A stretch of 64,000 nt of DNA from Octopus vulgaris (GCA_951406725.2 OX597817.1:70122001-70186000); one strand, 5' to 3'. Positions 1-13,892 are shown, counted from the first letter of the stretch. The notes: generated by a model not told the origin, from the sequence alone. Made by a program: numbers and translations.

Positions 1-77
1 TATTTTCTGCAACAATGATTATACAGAGTTAGCAAAAAAGGTATGTTCTCAAATATCTTACGCACTATATATATACA

Positions 78-666
<589 letters not shown>

Positions 667-773
667 ATCCAACAAGAAAACACAAAAAAAAGAGAAAAAA
701 GAGAAAAAACACAGCAACGCAGGACGTGGAACAATTAAAGTATTATTGACGCTCAGGAAAGAAGGGAAGGAGG

Positions 774-808
774 GTTTAACGTTTCGAGCGGAGCTCTTCG
801 TCGGAAAC
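774..808 (-). ncRNA. Minimal hammerhead ribozyme motif (variant core)
   Basis: GUUU-CCGACGAA-GAGC UCC GCUC-GAAAC-GUU-AAAC. Stems I and II are perfect, and palindromic AACGUU replaces stem III as in PLE minimal hammerheads. Confidence 0.75.
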
Positions 809-955
809 AAGGAGAAGGAAAGATCCCAAGGAGGGAAGACAGAGGAGACAATATTTGAGCTGGTGGTGCTTAAGAGATCACATGTTGAAAAGAACAAAAT
901 TTGGAGGTAGTTGAAAAATGGTTTTATAATGCAAGAGAGTTCCAAAAATGGAATG

Positions 956-990
<35 letters not shown>

Positions 991-2235
991 AAGATGACAA
1001 GTGTATTTGTGCGTGCGTGTGTCTGTGTGTATTTTTGGTGAATAGAGGTAATGACAAAGCCAGCTGTGGTGATGACTGCTAGCTGTTTGTGTCAAGCTAG
1101 GTCAAAGCCAGGTCAAAAAAAATCATAGTGTGTGTGTTGTTTGTAGTGTGTGTGTGTGTGTACATGTGTGTGTTCGTGTGTGTATGCGTAGAGTGTGGGT
1201 GTGTGGCGTAACCTAGTACGTGTGTGCTTTTACGTGCGTGTGTGTGTGTAGGGGGATGTATATGTGGGTTCATTTGTGTGAGAGTGTATGTATGTGCGTG
1301 TATGTGTGCGTTTGTATGTGTTTCTGTGTATGTGTGCGTGCGCGGATAGGTGTATATTGTGTATGTATATCTGTCGGTGTGTATGTGAGTTTGTGTGTGT
1401 TTGTACGCGTGTATGTATGTGTGAGTGTATAGTATATATATATATGTAAATGTGTGTGTGTGTGCGTGTGTGTGTACGTGCGTGCGAGTGAATGTATGTA
1501 TATATGTGTGCGTGTGTGTACAATGTAGGGGCTTATATGTGTGTTTATATGTGTGTGTGTATGTATGTGTGTATGTGTGTGTATGTGTATGTATGTATGT
1601 ATATATATGCGTGTGTATATGTATGTATGTGTGTATGTGTGTGTGTATGTGTGTATGCATGCATGTGTGTATGTATGTATGTGTGTATGTGTGTGTGTAT
1701 GTGTGTATGTATGTATGTATGTATGTATGTATGTATGTGTGTGTGTGTATGTGTGTGTGTATGTATGTATGTACGTACGTATGTATGTATGTGTGTGTGT
1801 ATGTATGTATGTACGTATGTGTGTATGTATGTATTTTTGCATGCGTGTATGTGTGTATGTGCGTGTGTGTACATATGTATGTTTATGTATGTGTGTGTAG
1901 GTATCTATTTATGTATGTAGTGTATGTATGTGTGTGTATGTATGTATGTGTGCATGCGTGTATGTGTGCATGTGTGTGTGTTTGTATGTATGTATATATA
2001 TGTGTGTGTGTATGTGTGTGTGTATGTATGTATATGTGTGTATGTATGTGCGTATGTATGTATGTGTGTGTATGTATGTATGTGTATGTAAGTTTGTGTG
2101 TATGTATGTATGTACGAGTGTGTGTATGTATGTGTGTGTATGTATGTGTGCGTGCGTGTGTGTGTATGTGTGTGTGTATGTATATGTATGTTTGTGTATG
2201 TATGTATCTATGTATGTATGTGTGTTTGTATGTGT

Positions 2236-2660
2236 GTTAGTTAGTTAGTTAGTTAGTTAATTTGGCTCAAAAGCAAATAGCAAGGCTATGTAGGGGGAAA
2301 TGGAGTTAAGTACAGGGTGGTGTTCATGTAAAGAGTTCAGGCCACTTGAGGTCAAGGGAGGCTTTGAAGAAAGCGGTCGTCGGCATCTTCACCATCTCGT
2401 CTGGCAGCTTGTTCCACGGATCCGCAACCCGGACGGAGAAAGCTCCTCTCCTTCGATTGAGATGAAATCGTCAAGGTAGAGCTTTTCGGAATGACCCCGC
2501 AGCCGACGCTCTGGAGCAGGAGTGAAGAACAGCTCTTTCGAGAGGTTACACTTTCCGCATATGATGTTGTGGGCGAGAATGAGATCACCACGGCGGCGGC
2601 GTTTTTCAAGAGAATAAAGGTCGAGCGTCCTCAGCCTTTCTTCGTAGGACAAATTTTTGA
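2236..2660 (-). mobile_element. CR1-like LINE 3' fragment with (TAAC)n tail
   Basis: LSYEERLRTLDLYSLEKRRRRGDLI...LRGHSEKL and, after a frameshift, FSVRVADPWNKLP, typical of a CR1-clade ORF2 C-terminus. The tail reads (GTTA)n at 2236-2259. Confidence 0.85.
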
Positions 2661-3000
2661 TGTATGTGTGTATGCGTGTGTGTATGTATGTGTGTATGTG
2701 TGTAAGTGTGTATGTATGTGTGTGTATGTATGTATGGACGGGTGTATGTGTGTAAGTGTGTGTGTGTATGTGTATGTGTATGTATGTATGTATATGTACG
2801 CGTGTGTGTATGTATGTATGTGTGTATAGTATGTGTGTGTGTATGTATGTATGTGTGCATGCGTGTATGTGTGCATGTGTGTGTCTGTATGTATGTATGT
2901 ATATGTATGTGTGTGTGTATGTATATATATATGTGTCTATGTATGTATGTGTGTATGTATGTGTGTATGTGTGTGTGTATGTGTGTGTATGTATGTATGT

Positions 3001-3032
<32 letters not shown>

Positions 3033-4119
3033 GTGTGTATGTATGTGTATATATGTATGTATGTGTGCATGCGTGTATGTGTGTATGTGCGTGTGTGTAC
3101 GTATGTGTGTATATGTATGTGTGTGTATGTATGTATATGTATGTATGTGTGTATGCATATATGCATGTGTGTATGTGTGTGTGTGTATGTATGTGTGTAT
3201 TTGTGTATGTGTGTGTGTATGTATGTATGTATATGTATGTGTGTGTATGTGTTTGTGTGTATGTGTGTGTATGTATGTTTGTGTGTATGTGTGTATCTGT
3301 GTATGTATGTGTGTTGTATGTATGTATGTATGTGTGTGTGTGTACGTGTGTGTATGTATGCATGTATGTATGTGTGTGTATGTATGTGTGCGTGCGTGTG
3401 TGTGTGGGTCGGTGTGTGTGTATGTATGTGTGTATGTATATGTATGTGTGTGTATGTATGTGTGTATGTATGTGTGTGTGTGTGTGTATGTATGTGTGCA
3501 TATGTGTATGTATGTGTGTGTGTATGTATTTTTTGTGTGTATGTATGTGTGTGTATGTATGTATGTGTGTGTGTATGTATGTATGAATGTATGTATGTAT
3601 GTATGAATGTATGTATGTATGTATGTATGTATGTGTGCGTGTGTGTGTATGTATATATGTATGTATGAATGTATCTATGTATGTATTATGTGTGTGTACG
3701 TATGTATGTGTGTGTGTGAATGTATACGTGTGGGGGGTTTGGATTTGTGTCGGCGTAAGGTACATGTGCTTGTGTGCGCTTACGTGCGTGTATCTGTGCG
3801 TCCCAGCTAGGTGTTTATAGGAGTGTGCGTATCTGTATGAGTATTGTCCCTGGTGTGTGTGCACGGGCATGTGTGTGTGTGCACGTGGGGGTGTGTGGGT
3901 GTGTGTATGGGTGCGGAAGTATGTGTGCGTACATGTGCATGTACGTTGTGTGTGTGTGGTGTGTTGGGAGTAGGTGTGTTCGTGGGTACGTGAGTATGTG
4001 TGTGTGACTGCATAAGGACAATTATAAAAATTAAAAAAATTAAAAATAAATAATAATTAATAAACAAAAAATAAAAAATAAAAAATAAAAGATGCGGGGG
4101 GAGAAGTGGAGCGCAGTCA

Positions 4120-5265
4120 CTAAGAGGAGGGGGCTGTGCTGAGTCCGTGTGGGGTTAGAGTTCGTAGAAGGAATATGAACCGTTGTTCCAAGTGAAGCCT
4201 AGATTGGGGAGAGCCGTTGTGTGGGGCAAGACCAAACACCGAGATGTCATCGGGGGAATGGCTGGCAGAGCGGAAGTGCCGTGCGACGGGAGAATTGGAA
4301 AATAGACGAACATCCCGCAGATGCTCGGTGAATCGGTCTGACAACCGGCGTCCCGTCTGTCCTATATACAGCATCCTGCAGCGGTTGCATTTAATGCAGT
4401 ATATGAGTCCAGACGAGGTGCACGTAAAGGAATACCCGATACGTACAGTTCGCCGGTTGGAACCGGTGACAGCAGTGGTGTTGGTGATGAAGGGGCAGGT
4501 GTTGCAGCGGGATCTGGAGCATGGGAAGGATCCGAGTGGGGCCGAGGGGTAAGAAGGGAGGGTGCTACGGACCAGGAGGTCGCGTAGATTCCGGGCTCGT
4601 TTGAAGGAGAACAGGGGTGGGTTGGGGAAAATGGGGTGGGTCGTGGAATCGAGCTGGAGACGACGGAAGGCACGAAGTATCTTCCGACGAAGGGGTAGAG
4701 TAGAGGGGTGGAAAAGGAGGGGAAAGGGGGTGCGGTTGGGGGGTGGGTGATTGGAAGGAGAAAGGGCGGTGGTGCGGTCGATGCGACGAGCGCGGGCGAG
4801 GGCGTTCAAGACCAGGGTAGGTGGGTATCCTCGAAGCCTGAACAGGCGGGCCAGGTATTGAGACTGGGTCTCGAAATCCTGCTCGCGGCTGCACAAGCGT
4901 CGGAGGCGGAGGAACTGGGAGTAGGGGATAGCCCGTTTGGTGTGGAAGGGATGGGAGGAGGAGAAGTTGAGATAGAGGTGGGAATCCGTGGGTTTGAAGA
5001 AGGCGGAGGTGGTGAGAGAGTGGGAGGGGTGGTCGATGCTGAGTGAGATATCTAGGAAGTTAACGGAAGTATTGGATATGGTGGAAGTGAATTGTAGAGA
5101 GGGGTGGAAGTTAGAGAGGAAAGAGATGAAGTGGCAGAGTTGTTCGCGGGAAAGGGAGGTGGCGCCTATACAGTCGTCTATGTAACGACCGTATAGTTCT
5201 GGGGTCGGCCCGGAGAATTGGGAGAATACTTGGGCCTCAATGTAGCCAACAAAGAGATTGGCGAA
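4120..5265 (-). pseudogene. PLE reverse transcriptase C-terminal half plus GIY-YIG endonuclease (open frame, 5'-truncated)
   Basis: FANLFVGYIE, YGRYIDDCIG, FLDI, KPTDSHLYLNFSSSHP, Cys linker CSRSRCNTC, and GLIYCIKC..LYIGQTGRRLSDRFTEH. Confidence 0.93.
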
Positions 5266-5524
5266 GTAAAGCGGTAATCATGTTCTATTGAAACGCATGT
5301 GTCTCTTGAGGTCAGCAGCTGCTGCCTTGAAAGTCTTTACATTTCATACATAGGATATATTGAATCTTTACTAACCACACACGCTCATACGTTTAACTTT
5401 TACGTACATAAACGTGTGCGTATATGTGTGTATGTGTGTGTATGCATGTGTGTATGTGTTTGTATCTGTGTGTATATATGTGTGTATGTATGTATGTATG
5501 TATATAAGTATGTATATATATATA

Positions 5525-5555
<31 letters not shown>

Positions 5556-6165
5556 ATGTATGTATGTATGTACGTATGTATGTACGTATGTATGTATATA
5601 AGTTTCCGCTGAGTTTCAGTGACAGCAGTATAAAATACCCTACAGAATGGCGTATCAATAAGTAACAATGTTAACCAGTCCAGCTGCCGTTAATATTTAT
5701 TCCGGCTGAGTGAAATGAATCATCATGAAATGAAATATCTTGCTCAAGAATTCAATGCCGTGAAAACCAAAAATCGACCTCAAGATCGCTAGCCCAGCAC
5801 TCTAAAGTTTTGGCTACACCCCGTTACAGAAACGGATACACGAATACACCCGCACAGACACACACACATACGCACACACAAACACGCACACGCACGTACA
5901 CACACATGTTACTGACGACAAACGGAAGACAGCGTAGTTAATACCGGAAGGTGGAGTATAAATTATTCTTTATTATGTAAGTTACACACACCGTTTATTT
6001 GGGCCGATAGCCTGTAGCGAGATAATTTTGGCTCAACATAACGTATTTTGGCATACAGTCAGATAACTAACTGGCTGGCTAATATTAACAGACCCGTTCT
6101 GTGAACAGAAAATTCATTGTTATTGGCCATGTAGCGCTGATTGCAGAACACACACACACACACAC

Positions 6166-6218
<53 letters not shown>

Positions 6219-6554
6219 AGTATACCTACTGACATAAATAAGAGAAAGTGTTTACATTTATTTCAAAGGAAAAATACTACCGGTTTCATTTGCATAAAAT
6301 ACGATTTAATCATGCCGATGTATAAAGGAAAACAAATAGAAATGAATAAAATTTAAAATAACCTTTCATGATATCAGCTCTGTAAGTTCCCATGTTATGC
6401 TAACAAATAATCTGCTAACAAATATGCTACTGCGCTGAAATTTCTGCAGCATGTAATTTATGTAAGAAAAGCATGTAAATTACCAGAACTGAAATTATAA
6501 AAAAATTAATTTCATAAAACTATAATGACTTTCTTTCATCCATGATAGATAGAC

Positions 6555-6627
<73 letters not shown>

Positions 6628-6628
<1 letters not shown>

Positions 6629-7232
6629 GTTTCTTTATTGGCCACACAGGGCTGCACACAGATGGGACAAATAACAAGGTAGAGCTTTTCTTTTTGGGGA
6701 TGAAAAAAAAAGTGGCGTAGGTTTTTGATCAAAAGGAATCGTAAAAGGAAAAAAAGAAAAAAAGAAAAAAAAGGAAAAGAAACAAAAGAAAAGAAAAAAG
6801 AAAAAAAGAGGGAAAAAAACGATCAATAGGGATCGTGTATCACAGTGTCATGATGTACGGTGTAAAGGGGGAAGCAGATAAGGTTTATCCGCGGGAAGAA
6901 AAGCCTACGAAAAAGACCATTGTAACCTCGGTCAATTTTGTTATATGTTACCACATTTGTTTGCAAGTGGGTAACCCTCTGTTTTCAATTTCTGGGTTCA
7001 TAGGATTATGCTCAAGGTGGCTTCGTCATTCATACGTGCCATCCTTGCTACATTCACCCATCTTTTTTAAAACATTCGCTAGACAAAACTTGCCTCTCTA
7101 CTCTCACTTTCCTTTTCAAGTGGTACTTGAAGAAAGTTGATGAGAGATTGACCAGAGAGGAAAGTGTTTGTTTCCAATCCTTTCAGACGCGTCCACCAGA
7201 TACATTCTTTCGCCATAGCCACAAGGATGATG
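6628..7232 (-). mobile_element. Tx1/L1-like LINE 3' fragment inside (GATA)n
   Basis: [16 protein letters not shown]...(frameshift) ECFKKRW ORF2 C-terminus. The 3' UTR ends in AATAAA-GAAAC and both flanks are (GATA)n. Confidence 0.7.
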
Positions 7233-7302
<70 letters not shown>

Positions 7303-7303
7303 G

Positions 7304-7336
<33 letters not shown>

Positions 7337-7344
7337 GATGGATG

Positions 7345-7523
<179 letters not shown>

Positions 7524-7524
7524 C

Positions 7525-8270
7525 CTGCAAACTCCAAATATATAGGGCTTTTATGAACTCATGCCACAGACTTCTGTTTTGAGCCATTTATTCATGTCCA
7601 TCTAATCTCATTCCCCGACCTCTCTTTTGTCACACTTCTTAGCTATGTTTCTCTTGGTCTGCTACATATCTCACTTCCTATATTTCACCATTTAACGTTT
7701 GCTTGATAAAAAGCTCCGTCTCTTTTGAGCACAGGACCCATCCATTTCCATGTCGAGAATTTAACATAACTGCATTCCTTATGGACGTACACTCGTCAAA
7801 GCTTTATTTTCAAAAGCCAGGAATTTTGCTTCAGTAGTTACTGAACAATATCAAGAAGAAGGTTGGTCCATACGTTAAAACCTTTTGCAGAAGAGTAATA
7901 TCAAGTTTTGTTTTTGTTTATGCTGAATTGTGTTTCTAAACTATATTGGTTCCAACATTAACATCGCTTCTTCGGTCTTCTTTGGTCTCATTTGAAATTT
8001 CATATTGAGAGAGCCATTACAGGATACGACTGCGCAAACGATTTTAAGAGCTATGTGGCTTCAAACCATTCCCTTTCCCCTCTTGTTGAACAATCACAAC
8101 CACAGTTGTTATACTGTACATTTATTAATTTCCATTTCAAACTTATTTTCCTTTCTGGATCGAATTTCCTGCATCGGTTCCAGAGTAGTTGACATCGGTA
8201 TCATGTCGTATGAATAGTCTGCGTCGCATAACTTTCTCCCATTGACACAGGCTGTCCCATAATTTAGTCA
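7525..8270 (-). mobile_element. Degraded RTE-like LINE 3' fragment
   Basis: C-terminal [15 protein letters not shown] motif (AQ.R..W...AL). The upstream region is heavily frameshifted and the right boundary is approximate. Confidence 0.55.
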
Positions 8271-8471
8271 CTCCTATACTTTGTCCATCACAAAATCAAT
8301 AACAAAAGAAACACCATAAGTTATAACATACACATTCTGGAAAAGTCTTGTATTTATCATCTTGGTTTGCCTAAGAAATATAATCGTAGGCATGTGTGCA
8401 TATATACAAAGACGTATGCAAGAACACGCACGCACATACACACATATAAAGGCACGTACATGTTTACCCAA

Positions 8472-8511
<40 letters not shown>

Positions 8512-8540
8512 TTGGGTAAACATGTACGTGCCTTTATATA

Positions 8541-9000
8541 TATATAATTATAATAATAAGGGTTTTTTGCAACAAGTTGCTTAAACCACATACCGAAAAT
8601 ATTAGAAATAGCAGCCAAAGGACTACTATTTCCTTTTCCTACAAAAATAAGTCTCCACAGACAACAATATTTGTAACTCACATATGGCAGAAAAAGAAGA
8701 AAAACAACGAAATCACACAGTCTTCGGATTAATTATGTGTGATTTCGTTGTTTTTCTTCTTTTTCTACCATATGTGAGTTACAAATATTGTTGTCTGTGG
8801 GGACTTATTTTTGTAGTAAAAGGAAATTGTAGTCCTTTGGCTGCTATTTCTAATATTTTTGGCATGTGGTTTAAGCAACTTGTTGCAAAAAACCCTTATT
8901 ATTATAATTATATAAATTTTTACCGAATATGGTCCTTTTCCATACCGAAATACTACTAGGTGAAATTTGTTGATTTTATTAAATTAATTATATTTCACTC
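8541..9000 (+). mobile_element. Fold-back pLTR-like insert, family 1
   Basis: Inverted arms 8541-8719 and 8736-8914, then a unique tail to (TA)n. Homologous to 19111-19385 and 46131-46586. Confidence 0.75.
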
Positions 9001-9087
<87 letters not shown>

Positions 9088-9089
<2 letters not shown>

Positions 9090-11175
9090 GAAAGTTGGTT
9101 TGTGAAAGCACGTGGTTGAATATATAGAAAATAGTAAAAAGTGAAAAAACTACAGAAGGCTTAAAGGTTAAAAAATATATATATTTGCGTCAATATGTCT
9201 GAAGAATATTAAAAAGTTTTTTTTCCTTACAATGACATAGTTTAGAAGAAAGACCGGTTTCGCGTTTAGCTTTTCAAATTTCTTACGACGTTATGTTTAT
9301 GTTGAATAGAGTTATCGTTATGTTTATGTTCAAAAGAGTTCTAAATAAGGGGAGGTAATGAGTGATTTCTTCCGGTGTAAGGGAGATAATCGCTTAAAAT
9401 TTTTTTCCTTTACCTTGGTGTGAATTTCTCTGTATCAGTATGTTGGCATGGTTAAGTCTGGGCTTGTACTTTTCAATGAAAAATGTTTCCTTGTTTAGTC
9501 TAATTTATGTTGATGATCTGATAGCACATTGGTAAAATGGAAAGATTAAAAATTGTGGTAGTAGTTGCTTTGCGCATTTCTCAATGTGCTCACTAAAAGG
9601 TATCATTCTGTATTCTGGGAATGCAATCTGTTGTCGATGCAGTGTGCATCTACGTCTGAGTGATAGTCCCGTGGATCCCACGTAGTCTTGGTGGCAGCCC
9701 GAGCATTTTATGACATAAATTATGTTTTCAGAGGCACAAGTAAAATTAGATTTGATCTTGAATTTCTGTCCCTCTTTAAAGAGGAATTCTGATCCTTCTA
9801 GCAGGTTTGGACATGTTGCACAGTTCGATCTACCACATTTATTTTACTTTTGCATCCGTAATTTCAGAAAACAATTTTGCCTTTGTGAGAATCTTTTTAA
9901 GTGATTTAGGTTGTTTGTAGCTTTTAATGATTTGGTGTATGTTTAGAATTTCCTTTAATTTGGGGTCCTTATGAAGTATTGGTAAATTCTGGGTGATGAT
10001 GGTGAAGGCTTCTTTGTTTCTGGGGTTGTATGTAGATATGTAAGGTAGTATTTTCGGGGAAGGTGTGTTGTTGTGTTGAACTTTTCTTAAAGTTTCTATG
10101 TTGATTTCTGTTGCACGTCTGATCCCATCCTCTATGAGTTGAGCTGGGTAATGTCTGTCAATTAGGGTGTTTTTGAGTTCTTGCAGTCTAAAGTTCCTGG
10201 TATTTTGTTCTGACACTATTGTGCATATCCTTCTTGCAAGGTTGAAGGGGATGTTTGTTTTAGTGTGTCTTGGGTGGCATGAATTAAAAAGAAGGTATTG
10301 TTTGGCGTCTGTGGCTTTGTAAAAAATGTCTGTTTCTATTTTAAGGTTAATTTTTTTAATTAGTATATCCAAGAACGGGAGCTCCTTTTGGTTGTATTCC
10401 ATTGTGAACTGTATATTTGGGTTTATGCTGTTCAATAGGTTTTTAAATTTTAGGAGTTTATCTGTGTTTTCATTCCAGAGTATAAAACAATCGTCTAAGA
10501 ATCGTTTCCAATTCTCTTTTATGTATTGAGAAAGGGGGTTTCCAAAGATTGATAAAGATTCCTGGTAAATGATTATTTCCATGTAGCCCATTGTTAGGTT
10601 CGCAATGACTGGTGCTGCCCTTGTACCCATAGCAATTCCGGATTTTTGACGGTAAAATGTATTGTCAAACATGAAGTGGTTATTATGTAGGATGAATTCA
10701 ATTGATTTAGTAATGAATTCTTTACTGATTCTTTTTGGTATTTCTTCCGGAAATTGGTCCAGCCAGAACTGTATTGCCTCTAGTCCATAATTATGAGGTA
10801 TACTGGTATATAAGTTAACTACATCAAATGAAACCAGGATTGTTTCTTCCTTGGCTTTTTTGGAAGGTGGTTTAACATATCTAAGTCATCTCTGATATGG
10901 CTATCGATATGTTTAAGGAAGGGTTTCAGGAGGATGTCCATAAATAGACTTAGTCTGTGTGTTTCACAGGTTGGGCCAGCTACAATGGGTCGTAGTTTTA
11001 GGTCCCCCGGGTTAGGTGTAGACTAAGTCTATTTATGGACATCCTCCTGAAACCCTTCCTTAAACATATCGATAGCCATATCAGAGATGACTTAGATATG
11101 TTAAACCACCTTCCAAAAAAAGCCAAGGAAGAAACAATCTTGGTTTCATTTGATGTAGTTAACTTATATACCAGT
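9088..11175 (-). mobile_element. Penelope-like retroelement (RT plus GIY-YIG, frameshifted) with 5' inverted duplication
   Basis: SFDVVNLYT, YRQKSGIAMGTRAAPVIANL, RFLDDCF, CGRSNCATC and IIYVIKC..YVGSTG. Frameshifts near 9840 and 10860. 11020-11175 is an inverted copy of 10802-10956. Confidence 0.92.
9246..9284 (-). ncRNA. Minimal hammerhead ribozyme motif, U3-A8 variant
   Basis: AAGAAA-U-UUGAAAA-GC UAAAC GC-GAAA-CCGG-UC-UUUCUU in the PLE 3' UTR. Palindromic ACCGGU stem III, GUC triplet. Confidence 0.75.
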
Positions 11176-11232
11176 TTTACGAGCCCAAGAGATTTTAAGT
11201 TGCATGGAACCGAGTTAAGCTGTTATTAAATA

Positions 11233-11263
<31 letters not shown>

Positions 11264-11312
11264 GAGATAAATAGACAGACAGACTTATATGTATGTATGC
11301 ACGTATTTATGA

Positions 11313-11356
<44 letters not shown>

Positions 11357-12473
11357 TTGAATGCCTGTACGTCTGTGTGCGAATGTGTCCATATTTATAG
11401 GCGAAAAAAAAAAACAGTATTGTGTCAAACATTGTAACTTAGAATTGATTCGATATATCAAAGCAATTAACAAAGTACCAGGCTGAAATTAATTAAAGAT
11501 TGGGACCAATATGCCCAACCGAAACCCTTATAGGCGGAAACCCCAAATGATTCCAGTCGTTAGACTGAAATCAGTAACAGAGTAAAAAATAATACACAGG
11601 CGCGCACGCGTATACCTTCATACATACATATATACATACATACACCATGCATACATATATAATGTATATACATATATACGTATATAGATATGTATGTCTA
11701 TGTACATATATGTATATATATATATATTTGTGTATGTGTATATATACGTATGTACGTTTGTATGTTGTATGTATATGTGTGTGTATGTATGTATGTATGT
11801 ATATCTATGCATGCTTCTATGTTAACAAGTATGTTGATATATGTGTGTATATATAATGTATATATGTATATATGTGTGTGTATGTGTATAACCTAAATAT
11901 GGGTTTTTTTTAAATGGTATGTTGTTGGAATGTAGCCACGATTTTGCATATGCTCCAAGGGTTCCGTTGAATATGTTTATTCCAATGCTCTATAAAACAT
12001 ATATACGCTGCAGTAATTTATGCTGGTATTGTGTTAGATTAATAAGCCTGTTTCTAAAGAAATGAAACAAATAACCGTCTGATTTTCTATTTTTTGCTGT
12101 ACGATAGGAAACAGAATATATCTTTACAAATACATCATAAATTTTACAAATACATCATAAATAACCCAAAAATACGTGTTGGTTGCTATGAAAATAAATT
12201 GTGATCTTCAAAACGGTAGCTGACAACCAGGGCAGGCCACGAGTATGAAAAGGTAACTTTGAACATAGATATAATGTATATTATTAATTATAATGATTTA
12301 TAATGCATTTACTCATAAGAGCAATCCGTGTGGTAAGTCTAGGCAAACGGTCTGTACAATGAGACAGTTCAGAGAAGGAATAAATATTCATTCTTTCACC
12401 TCACTTCTCTTATTTGTTCTATTCATGTTCTATTCACGTGTTTGTGTGTGTGTGTGTGTGTGGACACACGTCA

Positions 12474-12845
12474 GGCGCGGGTGTATGGTAAGAAGCTTGC
12501 TTCCCAACCACATGGTTCCGGGTTCAGTACCGCTGCATGGCACCTAGGACAAGTGTTTTCTACTGGAGCCACTGGCCGACGACAGCCTTGTGAGTGGAGA
12601 GGGAAACTGAAAGAAGCCCGTCGTATATATGTGTGTGTGTGTGTGTATTTATGTGTGTGTGTGTATTTATGTGTGTGTGTTTGTGTCTGTGTTTGGCCCC
12701 TCCCCCCATCGTTTGACAACCGATCGAATAAGCACCAGGCTTAAAAAGAATAAGTCCAGGGGTGGATTTCTTCGACTAAAATGTGGTGCTCCAGCATGGC
12801 AACAGTCAAATGACTAAAACAAGTAAAAGAATAAAAGTAAATAAA
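12474..12845 (+). mobile_element. tRNA-derived SINE family A (internally deleted copy)
   Basis: Shares head (TGGTAAG..GGTTCAGT) and tail (GACTAAAACAAGTAAAAG) with 13190-13600. Confidence 0.85.
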
Positions 12846-13189
12846 ATAATATGTATATCTAACACACGAGGAAAAGCTCAAATCCCTCACCAGTAAGCTG
12901 CTACTCAGACTTCTATGCTTAACACTATACGTCTATACGAGACACTTTCCCATTACGAATACCTTAACTATCGTAGCTTTCTTACAGTAGATGCGCGTTA
13001 AATACGATATAACGATTGTTGTTATACTTGTTTGGCACTGAAGTTCAAGTAGCTGAGGCATTTTAGATCCCAGTCATCCATTATTCTTTTCCTGTAACCT
13101 ATTGAGGACCTTTCCTAGTATTTTGATAGATAGATAAGGGTTTTCGTTCAATTCAAAGATCGACTGAAATTTTTGTTGGTAATTCCACA

Positions 13190-13600
13190 GGCGCAGGAGT
13201 GGCTGTGTGGTAAGTAGCTTGCTTACCAACCACATGGTTCCGGGTTCAGTCCCACTGCGTGGCATCTTGGGCAAGTGTCTTCTGCTATAGCCCCGGGCCG
13301 ACCAATGCCTTGTGAGTGGATTTAGTAGACGGAAACTGAAAGAAGCCTGTCGTATATATGTATACATATATATATATGTATATATGTTTGTGTGTCTGTA
13401 TTTGTCCCCCTAGCATTGCTTGACAACCGATGCTGGTGTGTTTACGTCCCCCGTCACTTAGCGGTTCGGCAAAAGAGACCGAAAGAATAAGTACTGAGCT
13501 TACAAAGAATAAGTCCCGGGGTCGATTTGCTCGACTAAAAGCGGTGCTCCAGCATGGCCGCAGTCAAATGACTGAAACAAGTAAAAGAGTAAAAGAGAGT
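13190..13600 (+). mobile_element. tRNA-derived SINE family A
   Basis: Pol III A/B box-like head, internal microsatellite and GTAAAAGA tail repeats. Nearly identical to 55128-55520. Confidence 0.9.
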
Positions 13601-13892
13601 AACCTGCAGCAGTTGACATCAGCCTCCTATGCACTCACGTGTATATAGTAAAAATCCCACATGTTAGGTGTTAAAGTTCTCCGCTTGATTACCGCTGTGA
13701 TCTTTCATAAAAAAACTACCTCTTCTCATTTATCCAAATAAGAAAACCAGTTCTATTTTTTTTATCAGTCTTATATCAATGGTAAAAGTTCTAAGGGATA
13801 AACGTTATCACAGAATGATGGATAGTCCCATTGTGTCGATCGGTGTAACTCCGACGCCATAGCTATATATGGATATCTATGTATGACACTAT

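Noticed and set aside
13190-13265. tRNA gene
   Set aside because: It is a tRNA-like SINE head with no complete cloverleaf and continues into the SINE body.
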